Shown piece after piece: positions 50,831 through 62,669 of a stretch of DNA of 64,000 bases. Numbering within the stretch: the first letter of the stretch is position 1; the number at the start of each line of letters is the position of its first letter. Below the pieces are notes generated by a model. It did no database searches and was not told where the DNA came from. It worked only from the letters and a program-made list of their open reading frames with translations. The stretch is from Isurus oxyrinchus (Eukaryota), in assembly GCA_026770705.1 (NCBI GenBank), contig JANJGN010000152.1, positions 558,001-622,000 of the forward strand, written 5' to 3'. A program made the position numbers and the translations under genes.

Positions 50831-51621
50831 TTAACAATTGCATGAACCAAGCATTTTCAGTATTTTATTCCATACAAAATGTAACTGCGATTCATTTAAT
50901 ATCGTTAACATTTATTGAGATCACATTGACCATTCTGTCAGTGAGGAATCACATCTGTCCCAGAATTCAGTGGGAAATGGAATTAAATCAGACCGAGGAT
51001 AATGAGCAGCTACCCAGCAGCCTCTGCGCTGTATTGACAAGTAATCTCCTCATTATCACACAGAAACTCCTGAAATGTAACTGGAGCGTGTGAGGATTTG
51101 TAAAGTAATGGTCTAAATAAAACTACCTGGACCTGACTGAAAGTTAATGCGGCTCTCCAGTGAGTAATGTCCGTTACCCTCCCTAATTTGGGTGAGGATA
51201 TGTTGAATGCTTTGTTTTACATGAAAGGACCACATGTTCCAAATATTACAATCCTCCATCCTAAACCGAATTATGTACCCGCTTTCTGTCTTAAAGATAA
51301 TGATTCCCCATCAGCAGGGAAGAATCATCAGTACCACAGGGACATCTCCAGCCTTCTTGGTGACGTTCAGCTCGATACCCTGGGGATGGAATACATCCAG
51401 AAAATCCGGAGGGACTGAAGGTATTAGATTGACACAAATGAAAAGTTGGACCTGCTTCAAGGTATGGAGTAGTCAAGCACCAAGATGAGAAGGTAAAACA
51501 GTATGTCCAGATGTGCCTTTCGATACATCGATCAATTCATTCACTGTTCCTTTCATAAAAATGTTCAGGCATCCAACCATCATTCATTCCCGCATCACTG
51601 CAACATCCCTCCATTCTTTGG

Positions 51622-52010
51622 CAGATGGTGGTGTTGTATTCATGTCACTGGATGAGTAATCCAGAGACCTAAGCTATTCTCCTGGGGACACGAATTCAAA
51701 TCCCGCCATGGCAGCGAGTGGAATTTAAATTCAACAATAAACCTGGGATTGAAAACTGGTCTCAGTGAGCGGAACCATGAAGCTATCAACGATTGTGGAA
51801 AAAAACTCATCTGGTTCACTAATGTCCTTTTGGAAAGGAAATCTGTCACTGGACCTAGTCAGGCCTACATGTGACTCCAGATCCATAGAAATATGGTGGA
51901 CTCTACCTGCCCTCTGAAATGGCCCAGCAAGGCACTCAGTTCAAAGGCAATTATGGAGAAGCAACAAATGCTGGCCTTGCCAGTGACTCCCACATCCCGT
52001 GAAAAAGTAA
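51622..52010 (+). mobile_element. Near full-length shark tRNA-type SINE
   Basis: B-box-like ttcaaatccc, family core, tail aaatgctggccttgccagtgactcccacatcccgtgaa. Confidence 0.8.
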
Positions 52011-53934
52011 AGGGGCAAAAAATATCACACAGATTTATATGTTTGACTGTAACAAAATGTACCCTCTCTCTGAGACCTCTCTGATAATCTGCCTGTAATT
52101 CTTTCCATCCATCCATTCATCACAATATTATGGTGTGTTGGAGAGACCCTCCAATGAGCCAGTGATGATGAGAGGGTATCAGAGAAGCTGGATAACTTTT
52201 CTTTCCTGAGAGCTGGGCACAGTCCACATAAGTTCACAATTTAAAATAATAAAGCTGACTCCAGTGTCGTTGCTGGGTAGATTTGTTATAAATAAGCCTT
52301 GTTGCCAAGAGTCAAGAGTTAAGGGTTTGAAGTTGGCATGCAGCCAAACGGTCAGTACTGAGGAAACAGATCTTTCATTTACTCCACAAACCCACAGATG
52401 CTTCCTGTAAACAACATTGCACATTCGAACGTCCCTGACTGCAGCCGGCTGGCTTGCTGCCAAATACTGTGTGGGGCAGATTAGCCTGGATATGAATGAA
52501 CAAAATGGGATTTAGCCATTCAAACAATAAATGTTTCAGTCGCACACGAAGGACACATTTTAAATGGCATTTCATCTAAGGAAATATTTTAATGAATGCC
52601 GTGTTCACTGAGGTTAAACACGATCAGGAAATTGGCCGTATACTATTTAATTTATACTATTGCTAAGTAAAGGACATTCCAGTTATTAAAGCCTGTTTAT
52701 TAAGAACTTCATGAAGTGCGAGAGAGCGATGTTGATGGTCCCAATCCCCCAGTCTAATGATTTGAGCAGAATGGCAAAAAAAAAAGAAATTAAATTAAAA
52801 GAAAACCATAGAATTGTCTTGAACCCGCAGGAATTCCTTGAATATTCCCCGAGTTGTGTACCTTAATTAACCTGAGGGATCACTTATACCCGATTAGCAC
52901 CCTGTACTGTATAATTTAATTTGTGCTGATTTCGATTATTTAACAGTCCCTCTCATAGCTGCCAATGAGTGGAGAAATAACGAGTTCTTAACACGCTTCA
53001 GTGGAAGATAAAACATTTATTCTTGTGATGTTGTGTAATATGCCGCAAAGTCCTGATATCCTGTGTTCCCAATACCAGTGAATGGTAGACAGCGGGAGGC
53101 CAATAAAATTAGCTGCAATGATTTGAATTCTGAAGGATAACTTTGCTGATCTCTGTGTCCGTTCTGATTCATTAACTTCTCCGTCAAAAATTGATGTAAA
53201 TTTTACGTTTCTCTGTAAACTCACTGTTTAATTATCAAGCAGGTGGGCTTCTTTTGCTGCTAATTTTCACAGGGCTGTCTTAGGGTCAGGGGCAGTTAGA
53301 GAAATGCCAGGAGAGACATTGTATAATGTGAGGAGATTCTTCTTATCTCCGGACCCAAATTGTACAGCGATAGCCCCCCTGGCTGTAAATAGAATCATCT
53401 TGTTCATCCCCCGCATTTAGTTACACAAATCAATAATAATTCCTATGACTGATGACACTTTATTGTGGTAATGAGATAGAGACCCGGAGTTGCTGCAAAA
53501 CAGACTGACATTCCCTTTATTCCCTGATAATATAATTTATTTTTTTAGCTTCCATCCCTTGTGAGGTAGTGTAGAAATAAATTGACTTAATTATCAATGG
53601 AATTAGTTTTTTTTTTATTAACAGATGTTCAACTGGAATTTCACCATTGGAACCAATGGATGCATTCCAATGAATCCATTCAGCCAAATATCCCGATATC
53701 CACTTTTAACAATAACCTATTGTAAATATCTGAGTCCATTCTGTTGGGGGTGTGGAAGGTGGGGCGTGGATCCATTCACCGCCTCCACCAGGGAATCAAC
53801 AGGCGGCGCCTGGAAACCCGCCCCCTTCTGCCGGGTATTTAAATATCGCTCACTGGGGCCGGAATCCAACAGTCCGGGAGCTGGTTTGTTCACTGAGTTC
53901 TGGACAGAACCATTTTCCCCAAATTGCCAGAAGG

Positions 53935-53980
53935 ATGAGGTCGGCGATTTCTCTCAGTTTGTTGCTGACTTTCTTATACC
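53935..53980 (+). CDS. IgH (IgM-type) leader exon MRSAISLSLLLTFLY
   Basis: ATG at 53935, phase-1 donor GTGAGT at 53981; GC box and TATA-like tttaaatat near 53817-53846. Confidence 0.93.
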
Positions 53981-54108
53981 GTGAGTAGTTTTCATTCTCC
54001 AAGTCTCTCACTATTCCTGTCTCAGAGTTAAGCTCTCTCTGGAATGTTACAGAGTCAGGAACCATTTCACCAGGATTAATCCTCGGGGTTTTTGATATAT
54101 TTTTACAG

Positions 54109-54413
54109 GTGTCCAGTCGGAAGTTGTGTTGACTCAGCCAGAGGCAGAGACCGGGCGTCCCGGAGGCTCCCTGAGACTGACCTGTAAAACCAGCGGCTTC
54201 GATCTTGGCAGCTACAGCATGAACTGGGTCCGACAGGTTCCCGGACAGGGGCTGGAGTGGCTGGTTTACTACTATAGTTCATCCAGCAACAACTATGCCC
54301 CAGCAATTAAAAATCGATTTACTGCGTCCAAAGACACTTCAAGAAACATCTTTTCCTTGGACATGACGAGCCTGAAGACTGAAGACACCGCCATCTATTA
54401 CTGTGCAACAGAC
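54109..54413 (+). CDS. IGHV: Shark IgM-type VH segment, open frame
   Basis: [101 protein letters not shown] cacagcg(54414-54420)-22bp-accaagatc(54443-54451). Confidence 0.95.
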
Positions 54414-54849
54414 CACAGCGAGAGGAACCAGGGCTGGACCCGACCAAGATCAGATCGAGAGAAACTCAGCAAGTTCCATCATAACCTGACGGTCAGTGCT
54501 TGTTTTAAATATAATATTAACTGTTATGATCAAAAGCCGACAACAAGTCGCTTCTGACAAAAGTAAAACAGCAAATTTAACAGTAAATCCTAACAAAACA
54601 ATCGATATCATGGGCTGAACTTCGGCTGTGTTTATATTTACTGTTAACAGTTTCCGCAATTACAAACCTGGATATAATGTTCATTTGAATATGTCTAATA
54701 CTTGTAGGGGATCACTGTTCATTGTGTTTTGTAAATTTCTGCATAAATACTAAACTAGATCAGGAGTAAACGTCTATTTGAAGTGAATATTGAGAAGCAG
54801 CACTGAACAGAGAGTGGGTGCAGTTTTTGTGCGGGTGTATTTCACTGTG

Positions 54850-54863
54850 ATACTACAGGGGGT
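54850..54863 (+). other. IgH D1 segment (atactacagggggt), 12/22 RSS
   Basis: agtttttgt-12-cactgtg before; cacagtg-22-acagaaacc after. Confidence 0.93.
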
Positions 54864-55239
54864 CACAGTGCTGTGGACAGCGACATCCTCATACAGAAAC
54901 CTCAGAAGGAGTTTGTTCAAATTGGTGATCACGATCACAACAGGAAAAGCCAAAGAAAATAGGAGCTAAATAAAATAATGGGTATAAGTAATATTGGCTT
55001 GCAAAAATATATAAAAGTCTTCTGCTTTGTTTGTGTTTACGGACACGCTAAATCTTCACAGAGGCTTTTAAAGAACTCCAATCATATTTATAAATATAAT
55101 GACCAGCACAAGCTGAAATACCTCACTGATTCACTCTTAGGCGTGTCGGAATCAGGTTTTTGTGAGCGCAGTGAAATTAAATCTCTGTATTTACAGTGAA
55201 CAGTCTGCCGCAGTATTTGACATGATGTGTCTCGCTGTG

Positions 55240-55252
55240 ATATACTGGGTGG
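55240..55252 (+). other. IgH D2 segment (atatactgggtgg), 12/12 RSS
   Basis: agtatttga-12-cgctgtg before; cacagca-12-acaaaaacc after. Confidence 0.92.
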
Positions 55253-55646
55253 CACAGCAGTTACTAAGAATACAAAAACCCCTCAGCACTAATTGAGTCT
55301 GCCGGGTTCAGTGCTCGCTTTTACAATCCTGCTATATTTACAATGAAGTACTATTTCTACCCAGCACTGCCCAAAAAGCATGGTTTAAGATGGAAAAGTT
55401 GTGATAATTATGCATTCATCCGTTGGTGAATTCAATAAAATGTTTGTGTTATTCTGTGAATTATAAAACATGATGATCATTGATGAATAGCTAAAGATAT
55501 CCACAAAGGCAAATATAATTTCGTGAAGATTCATCGTGATCTTACTTTGCCCCTGACTTATGAATATTTAAAATAATGGTGGATTTCTGTCTTTTTGGTG
55601 CAGGGACAGTTATTGTATGGCACAGCCCAGGGAATGTAACACTGTG

Positions 55647-55694
55647 ACGGTTTGGGCTACTGGGGGAAAGGGACCATGATGACGGTGACTGCCG
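55647..55694 (+). CDS. IGHJ: IgH JH segment (GLGYWGKGTMMTVTA)
   Basis: agttattgt(55608-55616)-23-cactgtg(55640-55646); WGxG motif; donor G|GTAAGA. Confidence 0.94.
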
Positions 55695-55899
55695 GTAAGA
55701 ACCACACATTTATTTAGTAACTGTTTTATTTGAGTCTTTGCTTTACATTTTTGTCTATTTTAATAATTCATTCAGCCAATGAAACCTGGGTTTGGTGGAT
55801 TCTGTATGCAGAATTTTTACAATGTTTCATGTGATTCTGCTGAAATTGAGTTATATAATTCCGCTGTGTCTTGATAAGAAGTGCTGCTGATGGATTGAG

Positions 55900-56460
55900 A
55901 CCTTGGTCGTTGTGATTTGGTGTTTACCTGCTGAGGATACTGTGTGGCCGGGCTACTTGAAATATCTAACGTTTGTGAAAACAGTTTGACGTTTCTGCAT
56001 TGTTTAATCTCGGTGACATCTAATGGCTGCGGGTTTTACCATCTGTTGCACAAGGGTTTAAATAGATTTGAAATCAAATCCAATTTTAGCAAATATGCTT
56101 AAGTTTCAATATTAATTTATTGAACATGTTCCGCCTACTCACAATGCTGTTGACATTATTCCATATTTCTGTTTAGTTTAATTATTCATTCATTTGGTGA
56201 CGAGCGGTTGTCTGGATTCGATATTGAGATTTTCTTGCAATGTTACAATGAATTCTGTTGGAAGCGTTTGCAGAATTGAGCTGCTTCTCCATGAAACAGG
56301 TTTCAGCCCCTCAGTGATGTGATTTTGGTGTATTTTCTGCTGAGGAGATTGTGTGTCTGGGTGACTTTGAACAAGTAGAATTTATGAAACGGTTTGGCGG
56401 TTCTGCATTGTTTCTGCTTTGTTTAAACTCGGTGACATTGAGCGGTTACACGTTTTGCGA
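55900..56460 (+). repeat. Two diverged ~140-150-bp duplicated units 3' of JH (possible pseudo-J relics)
   Basis: 55905-56040 aligns with 56312-56460; each has a heptamer-like tactgtg or gattgtg. Confidence 0.55.
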
Positions 56461-59024
56461 TTGAATTGAAGCAGCCTACGCGTTTGTATCTGCTTGAAGC
56501 GCGATTGTATGCAGAAAACAAACAGGTTTCAGAAATGGAAAAAAAGCGTTTAAAATGTGTTAGAACATTTTGTCTTTATTTTAAGTGGTAATTGCAGATT
56601 AAACTAAACCATGGATTATGACGCTCATTCAGAACATAATTCGTTACTGCAATCAGAAACTATATAATTACCAAGTTTTCAAATTGTAGAGTAAAATTAA
56701 TACAATTCAAACAATTATAATGTGGTAATATTTCTCCATATTGACGGAACAGCTTTCATATTAACCTAATTGATCATTAATCGCCTTTCACCGCTGTGCT
56801 CTGCGCACAATTAACATGATCGGGAAAGTTTTTAGGCTGGAAACATTTTGTGATTATGGTTGAAAAAATTTCAGTAAGAATATATTGACTACAAAATTGT
56901 TCAGTTTCAAAAGAGATTTTGAATTACTTTTTTATATACCTGATAAAATTTACATTGACTTAAAGAAGAGTTTGACATTGCAGTTTGGCAATATGTCTAT
57001 CCGGTTATTACATTCTTTCTGTGCAACCATAACCATATTATTCCTTCAATGTCATTGGGATTTGGATTGCGAGATAATTGTCACTAATCTAATTTTAAAC
57101 AGTTTACGGGGGGGTGGGGGGTGTAATTCACTGGCAGTAAAGGAATTGTTCTTACATTTTTTGAACTGTAGGAAGGTGCAGACTGCATTTGAATAGAGAT
57201 TGACAAGTAAAAGCTTGAAATTCGAACAGGTTAATTTAATTGCAAACATTAATATTAGTTTTGAACTTAATAACAACTGTCTCCTATTGCTGTGCTGTGC
57301 ACAGAATAGAATTATAGGAGAAGAACAGATTATATCTGAGATTCATGCTTAATTCTTATTAAATATTAACTTGAAGGACAAAATCTGGAATCAATTTGCC
57401 AGTTATATTTCAGTGGTGCAGATGATCTGAATTAATTGTTCTCATCAAGTTTTATACTGATCAATTTGGATCTTCTTTCAGTGAATAATATAATTAACAA
57501 TTAAATTATAGGGATTGTTATCTAGGAAGCAATTTTATTGATAATAAGTAACTGCCAGGAAGATTTGTTTACATGTAGCTTGGAGTTAAGACAAGATTAA
57601 TTCAGTAAACAGATCACACCTCATCGACAGTTAATGTGATGTGAACCCGGTCAGATTTGAAAGTGTTTCAAATATTCAACTCATAATTTCGTCGTGTGAA
57701 TTGCTTGATGAGAATAGATGGAACTTATGATTTCTCAATCTGTTCAAAAACGCATAGTTTATAATTTTGTCCATTAAAACAGAGCAGGAGAAGTAAAAAT
57801 ACAATAGGAAATATTGATCAGATTTAAGTAAAATTGATATACCTGCCTGAATGTTACCATCTAGTAATTTGAAGTTTATTGTTTAACATTGTTTCAGTGT
57901 AACGTTGATTTAAATAAACCCCAATTATTTCACAAAGTACCAAGGAGAAACAAATTTTCAATCATTGAAAACTATTTTTATTATAAAGTAGAAATCAGCT
58001 AACAAGAAAATGAATTGACAATAACAAGGTAATTAACTTACAATATAATATTAGTGATAATTAATTCAACATAAATGAACTCCAACAATTAAATAGTGTA
58101 CTGGACATTATAGTGAATGCAAAATCTCAAAGGGTGGAGAGAATTTTTAATTGTATCCAAAATGAATTCAGAAAAGAATACTTTTCCGACTCAGCTGTGC
58201 TCAGCTCGATAATGTGTTTCGCCTTGATGTTTTTATTGGTTATATTTATACCTAAAGTCAAAAGAAATCAGTGTGTAATCGGTTTTCAATGTGAATGTTT
58301 CCTGATTTGTTTAATTCTTACCCTGTCATTGAGTCTTTATTACGGACAACTAATTATCCTGAATCTGTAGTATTTGCTGTGCTCATTTTCAGGGTAACTT
58401 AAATCATACATTGTTTGGAGATTTGAGTCAGACGGAGAATTAAATGGACTTCAAAGGGAGTTTTGAAATGAGAATCAGTTTAATTTCAAAGAAGTTATAG
58501 AATAATTGTAACAAGTTGACTATTGATCAATTGGAATCAAACAGCTTGAATGAAATGGACAGATTGAACAGATATATCTGCTGGGAACTCGATTGTTGCA
58601 CCGTTTGTGTCTGTTCTGTTTCTGTGCGCATGGTCACTGTGCTGGGACCAGGAATCTTCCTGGCTGGTTGTTAACCATCTGGTTCGCTCTCCTGTATTTC
58701 AGGAAGTGCAGTTCGATTTATTTCTTCACAAGACTTGTATTTGTGAGAAATATTAAAGTTTGACTTTTTCACCAGGCGCCTCAGAAATGAGATGCCCAAC
58801 CCATTGTGACAGTCAGAAAGGACAGTTCAGAAATGACAGACAGACTGTCGAAGGAGATTTGGTCGATTTTAAGCCAGTGATGTTTCTGTCTTGGGAGTGA
58901 TCGGTTAGGCAATGCAGAGAGAGTTTTATCCTATGTTAATCTGTGCTGTCGCAGTCCTTGACCTATTTGATTGGACAATGCAGAGGAAGAAATTACTCTG
59001 TATCTTATTTTTAATCCTATCATA

Positions 59025-59595
59025 GCATGTTGGGGTCGCTGGCGAGGCCAGCATTTGTTGTTCATTCTAATTGCCCATCCTTAGAAGTGTTGAACTGCCG
59101 CCTCCTTGAATAGCTGCATGTTCACTCACAGTGCTGTTAGGTCAGGAGTTCCAGGATTTTGACCCATTGACAGTGAAGGAACGGCGATATAGTTCCAAGT
59201 CAGGATGTTCAGTGTCTTGGAGGGGAACATACAGGTGGCGATGTTTCAAGCACCTGCTGCCCTTGTCCTTCTAGTTAGGAGAAGTTGGGGGTTTTGAAGG
59301 AGTCTTGGCGAGTTGCTGCAGTGCATCTTGTATATGGCACACACTGCTGTCACTGTGCATTGGTGGGTGAGGGAGGGAATTTTTAAGTTAGTGGATGGGG
59401 TACCAATTCTGTGGGCTGCTTTGTCCTGGATAGTATGGAGTTTCTTGGGGTTTTTTGAAGTTTCACACATTGAAGAGAGCAGAAACTATTCAATCCGTCC
59501 TGACTTGAGCCTTGTAGATGGTCAGTTTTCTTTGGGCGATAAGAGTTGAATTACTTGCCACTGAATTCCCAGCCTCTGACCGGCTCCTGCAGCAC
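59025..59595 (-). mobile_element. LINE 3' fragment (same family as 44600-47050)
   Basis: KKLHTIQDKAAHRIGTPS...IYKMHCSNSPRLLQ; 3' tail shared with the SINE family. Confidence 0.75.
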
Positions 59596-60319
59596 AGCAC
59601 TGATATCAAAATCGGATTGAACCCTCTCCTGGGCATATTTGATGGAACAATGTAGAGAGAGTTTTATTTTATGTCAAACCAGTGCTGTACCTGCCCCGGA
59701 GTGTTTGACAGTTAAGTGGAGAGTTGGCTTTCTGTTGAATCCCACCCTTGCAGCTGATGACAGGAGTGTACTGGGGGAGGAGTGGGGAATTTAATCCATA
59801 TCTTAACGTGTCCTGTTCTTGACCTGGGAGTCTTCTCCCTGCACAGGTCAAACAAACTGAATCAGCATTGAACTAACTGGCCGTGGGTTTTCGAGCCAGA
59901 TCTGCGAAAATAAGTTGTTCCATTGCTCGGTTGAAATGACACACGTTAACTGTTTTTAACAATATTTCTGCAGAGAACATGTATAAATTTTAATGAATTA
60001 ATTATGTTTAAGCATTTTGAGTATCAGAAAATCATTGAATGTGAGTGACCTGAACTTGAGCACAATTTCAGAACAAACAGAATCAGGGAGTGAAAGTGAG
60101 GCTCCAGAGAGCAGTGCCTGTTCTGATCTGATCAGAGTTATTTAAACGATTGAAATGGACAAATACCAGACTCCCGCTACAAATAACCAGCTGCGGGGGA
60201 GCCACTGGATTGCCACCTGCAGGGAGAGGAATGAATTACAGAAATGAGAGCATGAGGAGGACATTCGGCCCTTCGATCCTGCCCCCCATTCAGCAAGATC
60301 GTGGCTGATCTACCTCGAC

Positions 60320-60778
60320 ACACTCAGTCTCTTTACCACACACCCTCATTCGCTCACTCTCTCTGTCACACACGCTCTCCCTCACACAGTGCACATTCAT
60401 TCTCTCATGCACTCTCTCTGACAGACACACACTCTATCTTTCTCTCTCTGTCACACACACACTCACATTCACTCTCTCCCACACAAACTCCCTTTAACAC
60501 GTGCACACTATCTCCTACACACATACATGCACTCTTTCTTTCTCACACCTGCACTCTCACACGTGCATTCTCTCTCTCTCTCACACAAACACATGCACAC
60601 ACTCTCTCTCTTTTACACACACCCACTCTATATCTCACATACATGCACCCTCTCTGTCACACACACATAAATACTCTCAATTCTCCCCCTCTGTCACACA
60701 CAGACACGTAACACTGTCTCACACACACACATTCTCATTCTCTCTCTCTCTGACGCACACAGAAACACATTCACATTC

Positions 60779-60834
<56 letters not shown>

Positions 60835-61070
60835 TTCCTCTCACACACGCACTCGCTCTCATTCTTTTGCTCTCTCACGCACACACACTCTCTCTCTGAC
60901 ACACACACTGGTTCTCTCTTTCACACACTCTTTCTCTCTCTCACACAAACTCTCTCTCACATACTTATACTACATATCACTCACACACCCACACACACAC
61001 TCACACATACACAAACACATTCACTCTCTCTCTCACACACACGTGCTCTCTCTCTCAAACACTCTCACGC
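60320..61070. repeat. (CA)/(CT) low-complexity microsatellite region
   Basis: Visible directly. Confidence 0.9.
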
Positions 61071-61244
61071 NNNNNNNNNNNNNNNNNNNNNNNNNNNNNN
61101 NNNNNNNNNNNNNNNNNNNNNNNNNNNNNNNNNNNNNNNNNNNNNNNNNNNNNNNNNNNNNNNNNNNNNNNNNNNNNNNNNNNNNNNNNNNNNNNNNNNN
61201 NNNNNNNNNNNNNNNNNNNNNNNNNNNNNNNNNNNNNNNNNNNN
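61071..61244. other. Assembly gap
   Basis: Run of N. Confidence 1.
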
Positions 61245-61651
61245 AAGTGGGCTGAAAATGTTAATTTCAGAAAGAAGATCCTTTAAGCTGCAGGCATGTT
61301 CATTGTTCCATTTCTGATGCCTTTTTGGGTAAAATGAAATTACACAGGTGACATCACTATATATGTGGAGAATTTCCAAGTGTTGAACCAAACACAAAGA
61401 AACAAGAAAAAGGGAGGGATGTGACTGAGACCACGGCCGCCTGGATCCCCAATACTGGTGCACACTTGTTGCAAGATGCCTGCACGGCCCTTCCTGGTTT
61501 TGCTGTAACCTTCCCCTCCAGCCCCCTCAGTCTGCCTATTCACGCACTGACACGGGTTTCTCAAAGAAAGGCATTGGCACTAAAGCAGCTGGCCAGTGAT
61601 CTACACTGCTGCCTGACTTTACACAGCCAGTGTTACTGAAAGCTGGTCAAT

Positions 61652-61819
61652 ATGGAGAATCAGGATAGGATCCATGGAGAGGAAGAGGAGGAGGTGGAGG
61701 TGGTGGAGCTGAATGGAGGAGCCCCCAGCTCAGCTGTGGACAACAGGCAACGGAAAGCTGAGCCAGAGCAGAAAATCATCTGGAGAAACATCGCCTTGAT
61801 GAGCCTACAGCACCTGGGC
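61652..61819 (+). pseudogene. scd: Stearoyl-CoA (delta-9) desaturase N-terminal exon fragment, SCD5-like, truncated
   Basis: QKIIWRNIALMSLQHLG matches the conserved IVWRNVxLMSLLHLG motif; runs straight into a (CACT)n repeat with no donor. Confidence 0.65.
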
Positions 61820-62535
61820 ACCCTCACTACCCACAATCACTCACCTCACCTCACTCACTCACTCACCCTCACACACTCACTCATACTCACTCAATCACCC
61901 TCACTCACCCACCCTCACTCACTCACTCTCACTCACACTCATCACTCACTCCCCTCACTCACACTCACTCAATCACCCTCACTCACCCACCCTCACTCAC
62001 TCATCACTCACTCACCCTCACTCACACTCACTCAATCACCCTCACTCACCCACACTCATTCACTCACCGTCACTCAATCTCACTCCTTCACCCACCCTCA
62101 CTCACCCTCACCCACTCACCCAGCTTCACACACCCTCATTCACTCACCATCAATTACTTTTACCTTCACTCACTCACCCTCACTCACTCATCCTCACTCA
62201 CCCTCCCGTCCTCACTCACCTACCTTCACTGACACTCAATATCTCATCCACCCGCCCTCACACACCCACTCACCCTCACTCACATACCCACCCTCACATA
62301 CCCACCAACCCTCACTCAGCCACTCAGCTACTCTCATTCAATCACCCACCCTCACTCACTCACTCATCCACTCTCACTCACCGACATTCAGACACCGACC
62401 CACGCCCACTCAGCACCACCCTCACTCACACCTTCACTCACCCACGCACCCTCACTCACTCAGACACCCACCCTTGCTCTGTCACTCAGCCACCCTCACT
62501 TTGTCAATCATGCACGCGCTCACTCACTCAATCAC
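61820..62535. repeat. (CACT/CACCCT)n low-complexity repeat
   Basis: Visible directly. Confidence 0.9.
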
Positions 62536-62669
62536 TTTTCATAAATCGGTGTCTGGGAGGGTGGGAACTGCGGGGAAGAGAGACCTGGACGTGAGGCCTG
62601 AGGCCTTGTAGTGCCAGAAAGTGGAGCATGGCTGAAGGGAGTGACGAGCTTCGTTGGAAAGCACAGAGA

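Noticed and set aside
55155-55163. Perfect RSS nonamer ggtttttgt between D1 and D2 (a possible third D)
   Set aside because: No heptamer at 12 or 23 bp from it
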